DNA from: a virus
Virus record (IMG/VR): IMGVR_UViG_3300030503_000566
Location: 21,558-85,557 of that record
Direction: 5' to 3' (one strand)
DNA: 64,000 nt
Below the pieces are notes generated by a model that saw only the letters and a list, made by a program, of their open reading frames with translations, was not told where the DNA came from and did no database searches. This document shows, piece after piece, positions 1-10,104 of the stretch. A program made the translations under genes and the position numbers. Numbering within the stretch: position 1 is the stretch's first letter; every line of letters begins with the position of its first letter.

Positions 1-382
1 ATTTAATGGTTTTAAGGTAATCTTCCCTCATTTCACTAAGAGCATGACACTCATCAAGAATGAGAATATCTACTTCTTCCTCTACGTATTTGTGTAGTGA
101 GGCATAGCATAGGAAGGTAACGCCAGTTAACAAGTAAGTTAACCCCCATTTGGAGAACTCATCTCTCCAGTTCTGCTCATGGTTTGTCTCTTTTAAAACT
201 ATATAAATCTTTGGATATAAGCAGCTTGCGCTCCTAAGGTTTTCTATTATTCTGATTGCAGTTAATGTCTTACTAGTGCCGGTTGCCCAAGCGAGAAGGA
301 GATTAAAATACTTATCAGAAAGCATTATTGCATTCTCTTGTATCATCCCCTTCTCTCTTGAAGCTTTTTCAATATCAAACAT
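1..382 (-). CDS. SF2 (DExH) helicase, N-terminal part, runs off the window
   Basis: Manual translation from ATG at 382: MFDIEKASREK...LAWATGTSKT (Walker A-like)...ILILDECHAL (DECH box); no stop before base 1; absent from the ORF track. Confidence 0.85.
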   Translation of the reverse strand, partial: MFDIEKASREKGMIQENAIMLSDKYFNLLLAWATGTSKTLTAIRIIENLRSASCLYPKIYIVLKETNHEQNWRDEFSKWGLTYLLTGVTFLCYASLHKYVEEEVDILILDECHALSEMREDYLKTIK

Positions 383-617
383 ATATTAGCATTAAATGGG
401 TAAATCCTTTTGCTTTTGACATTTGAAGAAATGCATTATATAGATTAGTAGGCACCCCATCACTTTGATCTTGTATATACATATCTGTCGGCACTATCAA
501 ATATCTATCCTGATGATCGGTAACCACAGGTTTATCCTCCTTACCTAGGACATGCATCCCTTTAAAGTACTCAAAAGAGAGGGCTAATTGTTCTTGTCTC
601 AACTGTAAAATATTCAA
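375..617 (-). CDS. hypothetical protein
   Basis: 80 aa ORF in the leftward operon; its stop overlaps the helicase start. Confidence 0.55.
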   Translation of the reverse strand: MNILQLRQEQLALSFEYFKGMHVLGKEDKPVVTDHQDRYLIVPTDMYIQDQSDGVPTNLYNAFLQMSKAKGFTHLMLIYV

Positions 618-643
618 ATTATGGATTTAAAAGGTTATAAGTA

Positions 644-892
644 TCAACTATTTGTTTCAAACTGCCATTGCTGATCTATATTGAAATTATACTCTCTTGG
701 AAAAGGATTATTCTGAAATAGATATTTATCTGTTTGAAAGTCATTTTCCCCAATGGGGTTACCTACTGTTAATGTTTTTAATGATAAATAAGTACCTCCA
801 TTTACATACCCTAAAAGTTCTAGCTGTTTCGTAAATTCGTCCTTTCTTGATGCTTCTCCATTTAAAATTAAAGAGTGCTTAAATATACCCAT
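644..892 (-). CDS. hypothetical protein
   Basis: 82 aa ORF, co-oriented and tightly packed. Confidence 0.6.
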   Translation of the reverse strand: MGIFKHSLILNGEASRKDEFTKQLELLGYVNGGTYLSLKTLTVGNPIGENDFQTDKYLFQNNPFPREYNFNIDQQWQFETNS

Positions 893-904
893 TGTTGTTA
901 TGTT

Positions 905-1975
905 TTATATTGTTGGTAAAAAATAGGAACCATCCATTATACTCTGATAGGAAAAACTGGACATATTTGAAGGTTTAGGTAACTCCTTAAAGAAACCAGT
1001 TGCTCCTTGCATACCCATCCCTATATTTATGTCACTCTCACCATAAGAATTCTTTAGGATTGATATACTCCTGAAGTGCCTCTCACCATTCTCACTTACA
1101 AATTGATCTGCATCATAGGAGAGATTCTTAGTTCTATATCTTAAAGGTTCAAATATACTTAATAATTGATCACAATCCTCTGCTGGTCTACCACTCTCTT
1201 TAACATCATCGATGGTTGGCTCGAAGCTCTCTTGCTTACTGTAGAGAGGATTATTGAGACCTCTGGTAAGCTGAGCAACATCTACAGGAGCATACCCAAG
1301 ATAGTCCCTTGACCACTGTGCATATTCAGATAGCTTATCAATAGCTTCTTTTTTATTCATTTTACTCTCTACTTTTACTAGACCATGATGATCAAATATA
1401 GGAATAACTACCTCATTAGGGTCATTAGGGTGATAAATCTTGGTGAACTCATCTATAACTTCCTCAGTCCCATGGGATAAGGCGTATCTCTTAAGAACTT
1501 TATATATACCAGTAGGGTTTTGAGGGCCTTCAATAATCTCTACCATATTCATTAGTTCATCTATATAGTCTTCGTACATCTCAAAGTATGCCCTCTCTGT
1601 GTCATTTATTTTATTCTCCCACCATCCTAACAATTTTGCTATTGGTATAAGTACTCCATGATCTAGGAAGATTTTTCTTGAGACCCATTTAGCTAAAGTG
1701 AGTACCTTACTCCTCTCCATAGAGAAGAGAAAGACTTTCATTCTTATATTCCTTTTATTAGCTTTACTTCTTATAAAATCAAAGGGATTAAGGATAAATG
1801 CATTGTGAACAAATGCACTTTTACCACTCCCACTAGGTCCGAAAACTAAGGTATATATCCTTTTATTAAGGCGCACAAATTTATTTAATCTAGGAAAACC
1901 GATAGGGAGACCCTCATTTTCTCCGAGAATCCCCCTATCAACCTCCTGTCTTAGTAGTGAAAACTCTGAACTCAT
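905..1975 (-). CDS. dnaB: DnaB-like replicative helicase
   Basis: GLPIGFPRLN, Walker A GPSGSGKS, FLFSME, IFDH, AQL-R, ILKNSYG; RecA/DnaB motif order. Confidence 0.85.
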   Translation of the reverse strand: MSSEFSLLRQEVDRGILGENEGLPIGFPRLNKFVRLNKRIYTLVFGPSGSGKSAFVHNAFILNPFDFIRSKANKRNIRMKVFLFSMERSKVLTLAKWVSRKIFLDHGVLIPIAKLLGWWENKINDTERAYFEMYEDYIDELMNMVEIIEGPQNPTGIYKVLKRYALSHGTEEVIDEFTKIYHPNDPNEVVIPIFDHHGLVKVESKMNKKEAIDKLSEYAQWSRDYLGYAPVDVAQLTRGLNNPLYSKQESFEPTIDDVKESGRPAEDCDQLLSIFEPLRYRTKNLSYDADQFVSENGERHFRSISILKNSYGESDINIGMGMQGATGFFKELPKPSNMSSFSYQSIMDGSYFLPTI

Positions 1976-3033
1976 TCCTTTTCTTTTAATAAGAATTGAT
2001 TAGATATTACCTTAAACGAAATTGTCCTCTCTAAGTTTCTCAACACCAAGCCCTCTCTTGAGGTTTTAGGGTTGAGCACTGATGGACCATCAGCAAGTTT
2101 AATCAAATCTTCAATTTCTTCTGGTAGTTCAAATCTATCACTTAAAAAAGGTACGTGCTCTATTTGTAGTAGGCCACAATAGTTTTGGAATTTAAACATA
2201 TTCATATATTGTTGATTGTCAATATCAAATATGTTAAAAGCTTTAATTGTATTACCTTTAAGATTATAAGGATTTCCTTGAATACCTTCACCTATTAATT
2301 CCCCTTGGAGGCAAATATTCTCATTAATTCCTCTCATATATTCTTCCAACCTTAAATTTCTGGTAGCTTTCCAAAATGCATTTCCTTCAGTTTCAATCAA
2401 TTCTAGGTTCCTACTACATACACCAAAAGTATCATTATTTAGATAACAGGTAAAGGAGGAACCATCTAATTTCTCACTGACATAATATTTACTCTTCTTT
2501 AAATTCTCATATATCCCTGAGAGATTTTGTATCCTCTCCTCATCTGTTTTCCTAAGGAAAGCTGGAAAATTACCTTTTACTTTACCCCCTAGTCGTGCGG
2601 GTACCGGTGGGTCCCACTTAACTACTCCTAGCTCATCAGTTACGTCATTCCCAATGTTAAATCCATCTCTTACAATATAATTTTCTGCACAGTCGCAGTA
2701 TCTTTTATCTGGTAAAATACTAATATCTGGTAAAATACTAACTGGTAATACCAACCCTTGAGATATTTGCCCCCTAAGTTTAATAGTTTTTAGTCTTAAA
2801 CCCTCTATATCCCCCATTTTTCTATAGGAGTTCTTCTTCAAAAACTCATACTTCTCCTCTAATGGTAGGAAGCTATCTACCTCAAAGTATACACAGAGAT
2901 CTCCTACCTTAAATTCTCCTTTTTTTACTACTACCTTCCATCCCCTGACTGTCGCAACCTCTATATTATCAGAATTTGGTATTTCTTCCAAATTCACTAT
3001 CTTTTCAATTGTTGCTAATTTTCTCTCTTCCAT
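1972..3033 (-). CDS. ATP-dependent RNA ligase (Rnl2-like/DRB0094 type) with N-terminal OB-fold
   Basis: SEKLDGSS (KxDG adenylation motif), QGELIG, FNIF, REGLV, FKVISN; N-terminal GWKVVVKKGEFKVGD. Confidence 0.9.
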   Translation of the reverse strand: MEERKLATIEKIVNLEEIPNSDNIEVATVRGWKVVVKKGEFKVGDLCVYFEVDSFLPLEEKYEFLKKNSYRKMGDIEGLRLKTIKLRGQISQGLVLPVSILPDISILPDKRYCDCAENYIVRDGFNIGNDVTDELGVVKWDPPVPARLGGKVKGNFPAFLRKTDEERIQNLSGIYENLKKSKYYVSEKLDGSSFTCYLNNDTFGVCSRNLELIETEGNAFWKATRNLRLEEYMRGINENICLQGELIGEGIQGNPYNLKGNTIKAFNIFDIDNQQYMNMFKFQNYCGLLQIEHVPFLSDRFELPEEIEDLIKLADGPSVLNPKTSREGLVLRNLERTISFKVISNQFLLKEKE

Positions 3034-3736
3034 TATTTTCTAAGGTACTTTTATATATTAAAACTTTCCTAGTATCACTTGCTAAATGACCTAGATGTAC
3101 ATACATATCATATGCTTTATGATCTGGATCAGCTAATTTCTCACACTCTAGGTATAGAGCATCTTTTACCGCCTTGCCATTAGAATAATGTTTATGTTCA
3201 ATTATTATATCGGCAAAATAATGGATGTTATTAATCCTTATACCTAAATCTTTCCAATAATTGTCTATATAGAAATGAGTCAATGTGGGAGGAGCCATGG
3301 ACCCAACAGCTTCAACTATCTCTCTATGGATGAAGATATTATTAGGGAGTATCTCCCCTTGTAAAAGATCATTACAATAAACAATACCCCTATTCTCCTC
3401 TATCTTATTTACTACTCTATCTTCCCAGTTTTCAGTTTGAAAAACACAATCATCCCCCATAAATGCAACACCTATAGAGGGACCAAAGTCTCCTCTTATA
3501 ATTCCTTCAGCTACAATATTTAGCTTAGGTGTTAGCATATATCTTTTATCCAAAACTACTACAGTTACTCCCATCCTCACCTCTTCAAATAACCTTTTAT
3601 ATTTATTTGTTTCGTCTTTATCTATCACTACTAACATCTCTGTCCTCTCACCCCTAGTTTTAGTATAGCTATCTATTAGATCCCATAAAGACTCTCTACC
3701 TCCTCTTGAGGGTACTATAATAAATACTTTCTTCAT
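3005..3736 (-). CDS. GT-A fold glycosyltransferase (GT2-like)
   Basis: IIVPSRG start, FMGDD DxD-like motif, HFYIDN, IEHKH. Confidence 0.8.
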   Translation of the reverse strand: MKKVFIIVPSRGGRESLWDLIDSYTKTRGERTEMLVVIDKDETNKYKRLFEEVRMGVTVVVLDKRYMLTPKLNIVAEGIIRGDFGPSIGVAFMGDDCVFQTENWEDRVVNKIEENRGIVYCNDLLQGEILPNNIFIHREIVEAVGSMAPPTLTHFYIDNYWKDLGIRINNIHYFADIIIEHKHYSNGKAVKDALYLECEKLADPDHKAYDMYVHLGHLASDTRKVLIYKSTLENNGREKISNN

Positions 3737-4419
3737 ATATCAATCCTTTTTGTTATTGCATCAACTGTTAATACTGCTTCCGGTGTTCTAAGTAGCTCAA
3801 TAAATGGCTCAAATGTCCTCTGATTTAAATACGTTAGGCTGTTCTGAAAATAAGACATCTTGTTATGTCCTACTCTTATACTTTCTTCCATCTTTTGTGT
3901 CTTCTCTAACTCCAAGGCACCTATCATCTCCTCTATAGTATATTCACCCTCCGTAAGTATTTTGTGTATCTTTGGTATACATTGCTCTTTATTCTGCCTG
4001 AGGGTTCTACTACCTTTAAATTGTTTACCTTTATAGGTAAAGTTATCAGTTCCCGGATATGCTTTCCACCATAAGTCGAAATTGTTCACTATAAGCTCCT
4101 GCTTTTCTCTTTTCTTCTTCACTATAGATATATTGCCTATTCCAATATCTGATAGTAGTTGATTCCCCGAAGGTAAGATTTCTCCTATAGCCGAAAGGTA
4201 TCCCTTCCTTATTAATGTTTGCTTCCATGATTCTCCTCTACCTGCATTTATATGTTTAGTTAAATCAGTCCCCTGAGCAAATCCCTCTAGTATGAAAATA
4301 TGATTTAAATCAATTCCCAACTGAAGGATTTGCTCAAAGGTCTTACTATTGATTGGAATTATGCTCTTTTCTTCCTGTAAATCTAGCGCTACGCCAGTTT
4401 GTTCTTCCATAGTGTACAA
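3733..4419 (-). CDS. hypothetical protein, possibly replication initiator-like
   Basis: FDLWWKAYP and NSLTYLNQRTFE resemble C-terminal motifs of phage replication proteins; replication context. Confidence 0.5.
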   Translation of the reverse strand: MYTMEEQTGVALDLQEEKSIIPINSKTFEQILQLGIDLNHIFILEGFAQGTDLTKHINAGRGESWKQTLIRKGYLSAIGEILPSGNQLLSDIGIGNISIVKKKREKQELIVNNFDLWWKAYPGTDNFTYKGKQFKGSRTLRQNKEQCIPKIHKILTEGEYTIEEMIGALELEKTQKMEESIRVGHNKMSYFQNSLTYLNQRTFEPFIELLRTPEAVLTVDAITKRIDI

Positions 4420-4720
4420 ATTTACTACGCTTTTTCATAGGTAACAAAACTACTTTATATACTTTCTCCTGATCCCCATCTTTTTCTAAATTCTCTATCT
4501 CCATCAATTTCTGACTGCTCTTTATCTGCCATTCCACAGGAGTCATCTCCAATCCAGTATGCTCTACCTGCTGCATGTGTTGTTCCTCCTCCATGACTTG
4601 CTGCCATAGGATATCCTGCTGCATCTGGTCTTCTGATATTATCAGGGCCCTCTCCTGTTGAGGTAACATCTCCCAATCTTGAGAGAGCCACACGATTTTC
4701 ATGTCCTTGGAGTTTATCAT
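4346..4720 (-). CDS. Q/E-rich hypothetical protein overlapping the macrodomain ORF
   Basis: 124 aa ORF starting where macrodomain similarity ends. Confidence 0.45.
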   Translation of the reverse strand: MINSKDMKIVWLSQDWEMLPQQERALIISEDQMQQDILWQQVMEEEQHMQQVEHTGLEMTPVEWQIKSSQKLMEIENLEKDGDQEKVYKVVLLPMKKRSKFVHYGRTNWRSARFTGRKEHNSNQ

Positions 4721-5189
4721 ATTCTACAACTGTTAGATCCATATCCTTCAAATTGTCATTCATAATGGAGGAAACCATGGGTTGAAAAGCTCCTGCAAGG
4801 CCACACCCAACCCAAGGAAGACCTATCTTTTTTCCTGCATAAGTGAAGTTAATCTTCTTACAGATAACTGCAAATGCATCATAATCAAATGGTATATCAC
4901 ATCCGGGGGAAATATCTCCGGGCCACATTTGAGTATACATGTTGAGAATCACAAAGCTAGACTTTTCATCATTATAATAGAATGCACTATAATTTCCCAT
5001 CATGTCAATATAGTTGATCCCCGCATATCTTCTATATTCTCGATCTACTATATAAGCATCAGGAAACCTATGTGCTATCTGTGCAGCTATCCCTGCCCCC
5101 ATCACATTTTGGGTGTTACAACCATGTCCTATAAGGTCAAATTGGTTTTGTAAAGCGAGAGTAATTAGATTACCTTTAATGATTCTCAT
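4455..5189 (-). CDS. macrodomain (ADP-ribose binding/hydrolase) protein
   Basis: IKGNL, HGCN..MGAGIAAQIA, NMYTQ, PWVGCGLAG macrodomain motifs. Confidence 0.88.
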   Translation of the reverse strand: MRIIKGNLITLALQNQFDLIGHGCNTQNVMGAGIAAQIAHRFPDAYIVDREYRRYAGINYIDMMGNYSAFYYNDEKSSFVILNMYTQMWPGDISPGCDIPFDYDAFAVICKKINFTYAGKKIGLPWVGCGLAGAFQPMVSSIMNDNLKDMDLTVVEYDKLQGHENRVALSRLGDVTSTGEGPDNIRRPDAAGYPMAASHGGGTTHAAGRAYWIGDDSCGMADKEQSEIDGDREFRKRWGSGESI

Positions 5190-5592
5190 TTTTGATAGTT
5201 TTAACGATTTTATAATAAATGTACTGAGGAAATTCTCCGAACACCCATAGTGTTACATCAGAAAGCCATAAATATTTACTGTTATAGCCTGTATAATATT
5301 TACCAGTGATAGTGGGAATATAATCTGCCCTAATGAGATATTCCCAGTTGTGTGGTACAAATGCTGGCAATTTGTCGTGGATTCTGATTTCTTGAATATT
5401 AGGTGTTATAAGGAGGGTTATTTCATTCTCATTATCAGTTGTAGATGCTAGTTCGGCAAGGAATTTATCAGCCCCTAAAACCATCTGTAAATCAGCTTTG
5501 CTAGCTCCTAATACCTTCATATCCTCTAAATAATTAGGTATATCAGCATACCACACTCCATCTGGTTCTTTGTAGAATCTTATTTCTTGCAT
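5176..5592 (-). CDS. hypothetical protein
   Basis: 138 aa ORF overlapping the macrodomain start; FYKE..WYADIP, LQMVLGAD. Confidence 0.7.
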   Translation of the reverse strand: MQEIRFYKEPDGVWYADIPNYLEDMKVLGASKADLQMVLGADKFLAELASTTDNENEITLLITPNIQEIRIHDKLPAFVPHNWEYLIRADYIPTITGKYYTGYNSKYLWLSDVTLWVFGEFPQYIYYKIVKTIKNENH

Positions 5593-5673
5593 TATAGATG
5601 ATGTATATATTTAGAGAATATCCCTAGTAAAACGAGGATTGAGGAGCCTATTAAGAAATAGATTATGCTTTTT

Positions 5674-5955
5674 TTATTCATGTTTAATGTTATTTTGTTC
5701 AAGATATTGTAATACTGCTAAATATGCATCCACCTCCCCCCTCTCATTAAAAGGAAAAGTCTTTCTAAAATAGTTTTTATCCCCCTTTCTTCCATATACC
5801 GCTGTCCATAAAGGGTGTCTTCCTTTTCTCATACCACTTACACCTACCCCATTCTGCATAGTATAAACATATTTATACCTAGAGGTAATTCTTACTCCCA
5901 TTCTATTTGCTTCCCATAAAAATTGAAGCTGATTTACTCCTTGTGGTATTACCAT
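5674..5955 (-). CDS. small basic protein, possibly AP2-like DNA-binding
   Basis: GVS...W.A.Y...KTF.....A...A pattern resembles AP2 domains. Confidence 0.45.
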   Translation of the reverse strand: MVIPQGVNQLQFLWEANRMGVRITSRYKYVYTMQNGVGVSGMRKGRHPLWTAVYGRKGDKNYFRKTFPFNERGEVDAYLAVLQYLEQNNIKHE

Positions 5956-8054
5956 AAAGTCTGTTGATTGGGATTATGAATACTCTTTTTGCCTTTCTTT
6001 TGACCTCTTTCAATACTATCTATGAATTCGTGAGCCGCTTCAAGATAGTATTTTTCACATACTCCTCTTTCTTTAAAAGTGGCTGATCCATAGTTATTAC
6101 ACTCTGTTGTTCTCCAATAACTTTGATCTCTAGCCTCACAATTGCTGATTTGGGGACCAGTAGCTTCACTACCCTCATTCTTAACTTTAATAAGAAGCTT
6201 TCCCTCATTGGATACATAATATCTAACAACCCTATTGTATTTGGTAATGTCCTTGCCAGAGGAATCTGTTGCTTCGTAGTGATAGTTTCTAGAAGCTTTG
6301 AGACCAATACAGAAGTCTGATATGTCTTCATAGGACTTAAGATAATCTTCTGGTGATACTCCTTTGGTAAAATACTGTTCATATATTAATGGTAGGATTC
6401 TCCTACTAGGATTCTTATTTAATTCAAACTCTGTCATAAAATCACCCTTCTTCTTCACTTTTCCCTCTATAGGCATAGCGATATAATCATTTACTGATTT
6501 CTGTACCATTTTGGAGTACTCTGTAAACTCTAGTGCTCCAAGTAATTGGCCCTCAACTATTGGCATTTGTACCTTTTTCTCCCATGCATGACAAATCTCA
6601 TAGTATTTATCAAGCTTGTTTTTATCAAAGAGACAAACAATACCATCAGTATTGGCACTAACTACATGTATACCGCCTTCTACTTCAAGAGCTTCAATTA
6701 GCATTAAGATTTCAAATTGATTACCAATAGTGCAGCTAAACGCAGCAAAAGGATCATATTGCCAATTAGTAGGCTCATTGAGCTTACCGAAGCCCCCCCC
6801 ATTCAAACTCAATTTGAGCATCTCTGCTACTCCTTTAGCTCGTTTATCAGTTTTACCCCTCGCTTTATATGATATACGTCGTACAATAGTGCTACCATAC
6901 ATAGTAAGCCATTCAGGACCCAAATGTGAGGGGAAGAGCTTGCGTTTGAATATGGCACAGGGATACTGACTCCCAATGTCAGCGTCCATAAGATGCTCGC
7001 TCTCAGATGGTATAAGAGTTCTATTTTTTTCATTGCTATGCAAGCCTCCTCTGGCTAGTGTGTATATAGTTCCATTAAATGTAAATTTGAAGAATTGGCT
7101 TCTTTTTTTACCGTCTTTGTCTTTTTTATCCCTTAGTTCTACTTTAACAGGTCCAATCCTCTCCAATAAATCCCTAAAAGCCGGAGTAGTAAAATTAATG
7201 TAATTAGGGATGCAATCACGATAAGTAAAACCTTTTCTAGCTTTTCTATTCTTTTTGAGATCATATAAAACTCTTTCATTTTGGATCTTTTTGAGCTTCA
7301 TATACCCCAGTTTATTCAACTCGTCTCCTATTTTCACATCACTATAGTTCATAGCCTCTGGGGGTAGGTTGAACTCTGTGATAATGTCAATTCTATCCTG
7401 TATCTTGTTTTTACCCTTATACACTTCATTTTCAACATTTCCTAGGGTATAATCCAGCAATTTACAAGTAGCCTTAACATCATTCCTTCTATAGTGATCT
7501 GTCATCTCAAACTCTTTGGGCCCCCATAGCCTATCCTTCGGAACCCTATGATTTCCAATCCATTCCCACTCTACGTGAGGTAGGGGCATTTCCTCTATAT
7601 CCTCCATATCCATAGTGTACTCACACCACTTAAGAGAAGTACTACGGGCATCATTATCAAAGTGATGTATTTTGAATAGATCCATTTGTTTTGCCCATAA
7701 GTACTTCTCTCTATATGGAGGGAATAAACCATTATTAGTCAAATCAATGACATCAGTAGCAAACTGCCAGATTAAGGCACATATCTCAGCCCCTGTTTTA
7801 TCTACCCATCTCTCTTGGTTATCAAGTACAAATTGGCAAACCTGAGCGTCAAATTGTACATTATTATAGCCGCACCAATAATTTACAGAAATATCCTGAA
7901 GAGCTTTACAAATACTATCAATTTGATTAGTGAATCTATTGATTCTCAAATCTAAAGGATTCTTAAATCCCGGGTCACTAATAGTAATAGAAAATTCTTC
8001 GAAGAGTGTTTCGATGTCATGGACCTTAATTATTAATTCATTCCAAGCTTTCAT
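5949..8054 (-). CDS. polB: family B DNA polymerase
   Basis: Exonuclease HDIET, GYNN..FD, Y..NDV; polymerase DIGSQYP, KLSLNGGGFG, ANTDG. Confidence 0.93.
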   Translation of the reverse strand: MKAWNELIIKVHDIETLFEEFSITISDPGFKNPLDLRINRFTNQIDSICKALQDISVNYWCGYNNVQFDAQVCQFVLDNQERWVDKTGAEICALIWQFATDVIDLTNNGLFPPYREKYLWAKQMDLFKIHHFDNDARSTSLKWCEYTMDMEDIEEMPLPHVEWEWIGNHRVPKDRLWGPKEFEMTDHYRRNDVKATCKLLDYTLGNVENEVYKGKNKIQDRIDIITEFNLPPEAMNYSDVKIGDELNKLGYMKLKKIQNERVLYDLKKNRKARKGFTYRDCIPNYINFTTPAFRDLLERIGPVKVELRDKKDKDGKKRSQFFKFTFNGTIYTLARGGLHSNEKNRTLIPSESEHLMDADIGSQYPCAIFKRKLFPSHLGPEWLTMYGSTIVRRISYKARGKTDKRAKGVAEMLKLSLNGGGFGKLNEPTNWQYDPFAAFSCTIGNQFEILMLIEALEVEGGIHVVSANTDGIVCLFDKNKLDKYYEICHAWEKKVQMPIVEGQLLGALEFTEYSKMVQKSVNDYIAMPIEGKVKKKGDFMTEFELNKNPSRRILPLIYEQYFTKGVSPEDYLKSYEDISDFCIGLKASRNYHYEATDSSGKDITKYNRVVRYYVSNEGKLLIKVKNEGSEATGPQISNCEARDQSYWRTTECNNYGSATFKERGVCEKYYLEAAHEFIDSIERGQKKGKKSIHNPNQQTLW

Positions 8055-8056
8055 AG

Positions 8057-9220
8057 TTAAATATGGAGTTTTTCTATTTCTTCTTTAGCTTTTATAGAGT
8101 CCTTTGGATTTCTTATACATATCTCCTGTATAGTGGCTATAGGGAGGGAGAAGTTACCTGCAAAGGTAGCATTTTCCTCATAAAATAAATCAAAATATGC
8201 TTTTATTTCTCTGTTGGTAGAGTAGGGGATTTCTTCTCTAATATCTACTCTACCATCTCTTAATAATGCAGGATCAAGCTTCTCTATATGATTGGTTGTC
8301 ATCATTATAACAGCACCATGCCTGCTAAAAGGACCATCTATACAGTTTAATAATCCCCCCAATGGTACGAAAGGCTTCTCATCCTCAAAAGCTCTATCAA
8401 TGTCTTCTAATAAGAGAATCCCATTACTAGGAACTAAGGAGAAAAGTTTCACTATTTCCTGTGCCGTTTTAACTGAAGTTAAATCAATTATATAGATATC
8501 TTTCTCCATACTTTTTGCTACAGATAAACAAAGAGAAGTCTTTCCTGTTCCCGGAGGCCCATAAAGACAATAGCATCTCTTATAAGGAATTCCTCTCTCT
8601 AGATACCATTTCTCCTGAGATTCAAACATTTCTAAATCCTCAAGAATTTTAGTACCTTTATCTTCAGGATACACCAAAGTTTTAATGTCCTTAGGGAACA
8701 CCTCTACCCTCTCACTCATAAAATCACTATAGGTATCCTTAGTACTAAACACACCCACTGCTCCTTTTTTTCTGTTCTTTGAATATTTCTTTGCGACATA
8801 AGCTAAAAGGTTTTCGATATTCCTTTTTGCTTTGTAACCTCTGATAGTTATTGTATGAAATGAAAAACCAAAGTCGGTTACCCTCTGGAGTTCTTTTTCT
8901 GCACTTGTAATAAACAACCTTTTACCCTCATATCTTATGCTGAAGAAGTCATTATTCTGCTTATAAGTCAGCTTAGGAACTGTAGCATATTTCTCTAGTT
9001 TTGCCGAAACATTATTAAATTTATTACTATAGTTCTCCTGCAACCACCTTGAAAAGCTATCATATATTAGGTTTTCTTCAGACAAAACCACTCTATATAC
9101 AAATTTTGCTTTTATTTTAGAGAGAAGGGTGAAGTGTAGGCTCTTCAATTGTGAAATTGCAGTAGCTCCAACCGAACCTATAAGTAAAAGAGCATATGGA
9201 TTACTTAATATTTGATGCAT
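8057..9220 (-). CDS. BCS1-like AAA+ ATPase with N-terminal hydrophobic anchor
   Basis: WY.ERGIPYKR..LYGPPGTGKTS, LLEDID, GLLNCIDG, MTTNHIEKLDPALLRDGRVD. Confidence 0.88.
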   Translation of the reverse strand: MHQILSNPYALLLIGSVGATAISQLKSLHFTLLSKIKAKFVYRVVLSEENLIYDSFSRWLQENYSNKFNNVSAKLEKYATVPKLTYKQNNDFFSIRYEGKRLFITSAEKELQRVTDFGFSFHTITIRGYKAKRNIENLLAYVAKKYSKNRKKGAVGVFSTKDTYSDFMSERVEVFPKDIKTLVYPEDKGTKILEDLEMFESQEKWYLERGIPYKRCYCLYGPPGTGKTSLCLSVAKSMEKDIYIIDLTSVKTAQEIVKLFSLVPSNGILLLEDIDRAFEDEKPFVPLGGLLNCIDGPFSRHGAVIMMTTNHIEKLDPALLRDGRVDIREEIPYSTNREIKAYFDLFYEENATFAGNFSLPIATIQEICIRNPKDSIKAKEEIEKLHI

Positions 9221-9238
9221 CCGGCTTATATTTTAATT

Positions 9239-9745
9239 TTACTGATTATATTGAAAATCCTCAAGGTTTTTGAAATCTTGCTTCTCCCAATCTACAGGTT
9301 CCCACTTCTTAGGTTTCTTATTTGAAAGCACTCTGTTATTCCATATCTTTAGTGAGTTAATAATACCCGGTAGGAGCTTAAGATTTGTTAACGAACTCTT
9401 ATATTGAGTAATGGCATCTAATGCTTTTACACATACTATTGTGTTGGTTACATAAGAACCTTCCCAGAATCTATCTCCTTTTATCTGATATATATTATGT
9501 AGCTCACTCTGGGTAGAGGATAGAATTGCTGCCCACACTATGTTATCTTCAACTTTAAATATCAATGCTGGATGAGTGCCTAGTATATTAAACATAAACA
9601 CATCACCTACCTGTAGTGTTGAAATAGTTCCTCCTACTCTTCTACCTGTAATCTCAAAAGTCATCATCATACCCCTAACCTCTTCCGTACTCCAATTTTG
9701 CCGTGTACCTAACCTAGATAAAAACCTATTCATATTGTCTTCCAT
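9239..9745 (-). CDS. hypothetical protein
   Basis: 168 aa ORF; VGDVF...HPALI suggests an SH3-like barrel. Confidence 0.65.
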   Translation of the reverse strand: MEDNMNRFLSRLGTRQNWSTEEVRGMMMTFEITGRRVGGTISTLQVGDVFMFNILGTHPALIFKVEDNIVWAAILSSTQSELHNIYQIKGDRFWEGSYVTNTIVCVKALDAITQYKSSLTNLKLLPGIINSLKIWNNRVLSNKKPKKWEPVDWEKQDFKNLEDFQYNQ

Positions 9746-9772
9746 GTTAATCTTTTGTTTATGTAGTTAAAT

Positions 9773-9800
9773 AAAAGTAGGAAGTCTAGAGAGACCTCCC
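9773..9800 (-). terminator. intrinsic terminator
   Basis: GGGAGGTCT-CTCT-AGACTTCCT hairpin then ACTTTT on the minus strand. Confidence 0.55.
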
Positions 9801-9823
9801 TTGATAGTCTTTAGACCCTGCTT

Positions 9824-10081
9824 TTAAAATTTTACATTTTTACCTTTGAGTGGGATTTTCTTACTTACATAGTTAAAGTATGATTGTGAGGGTTGATAAG
9901 AATAATAACCATTCACAATATGTACATTACCTTTATGAGTCTTTGACATACCTTTCCTTATTATAACCTCAATAAGGGGAGTCTCATAAACTGGTTCCGA
10001 AGGTCTACCCCACCCTGAGAGAAAGGGTGGGTGTATCCTGTAAAACATTGATCTCTTTACTCTGTTAATGGATACTGACAT
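9824..10081 (-). CDS. hypothetical protein
   Basis: 85 aa co-oriented ORF. Confidence 0.55.
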   Translation of the reverse strand: MSVSINRVKRSMFYRIHPPFLSGWGRPSEPVYETPLIEVIIRKGMSKTHKGNVHIVNGYYSYQPSQSYFNYVSKKIPLKGKNVKF

Positions 10082-10104
10082 ATGTTGGATATTTAGTTTG
10101 GTGA

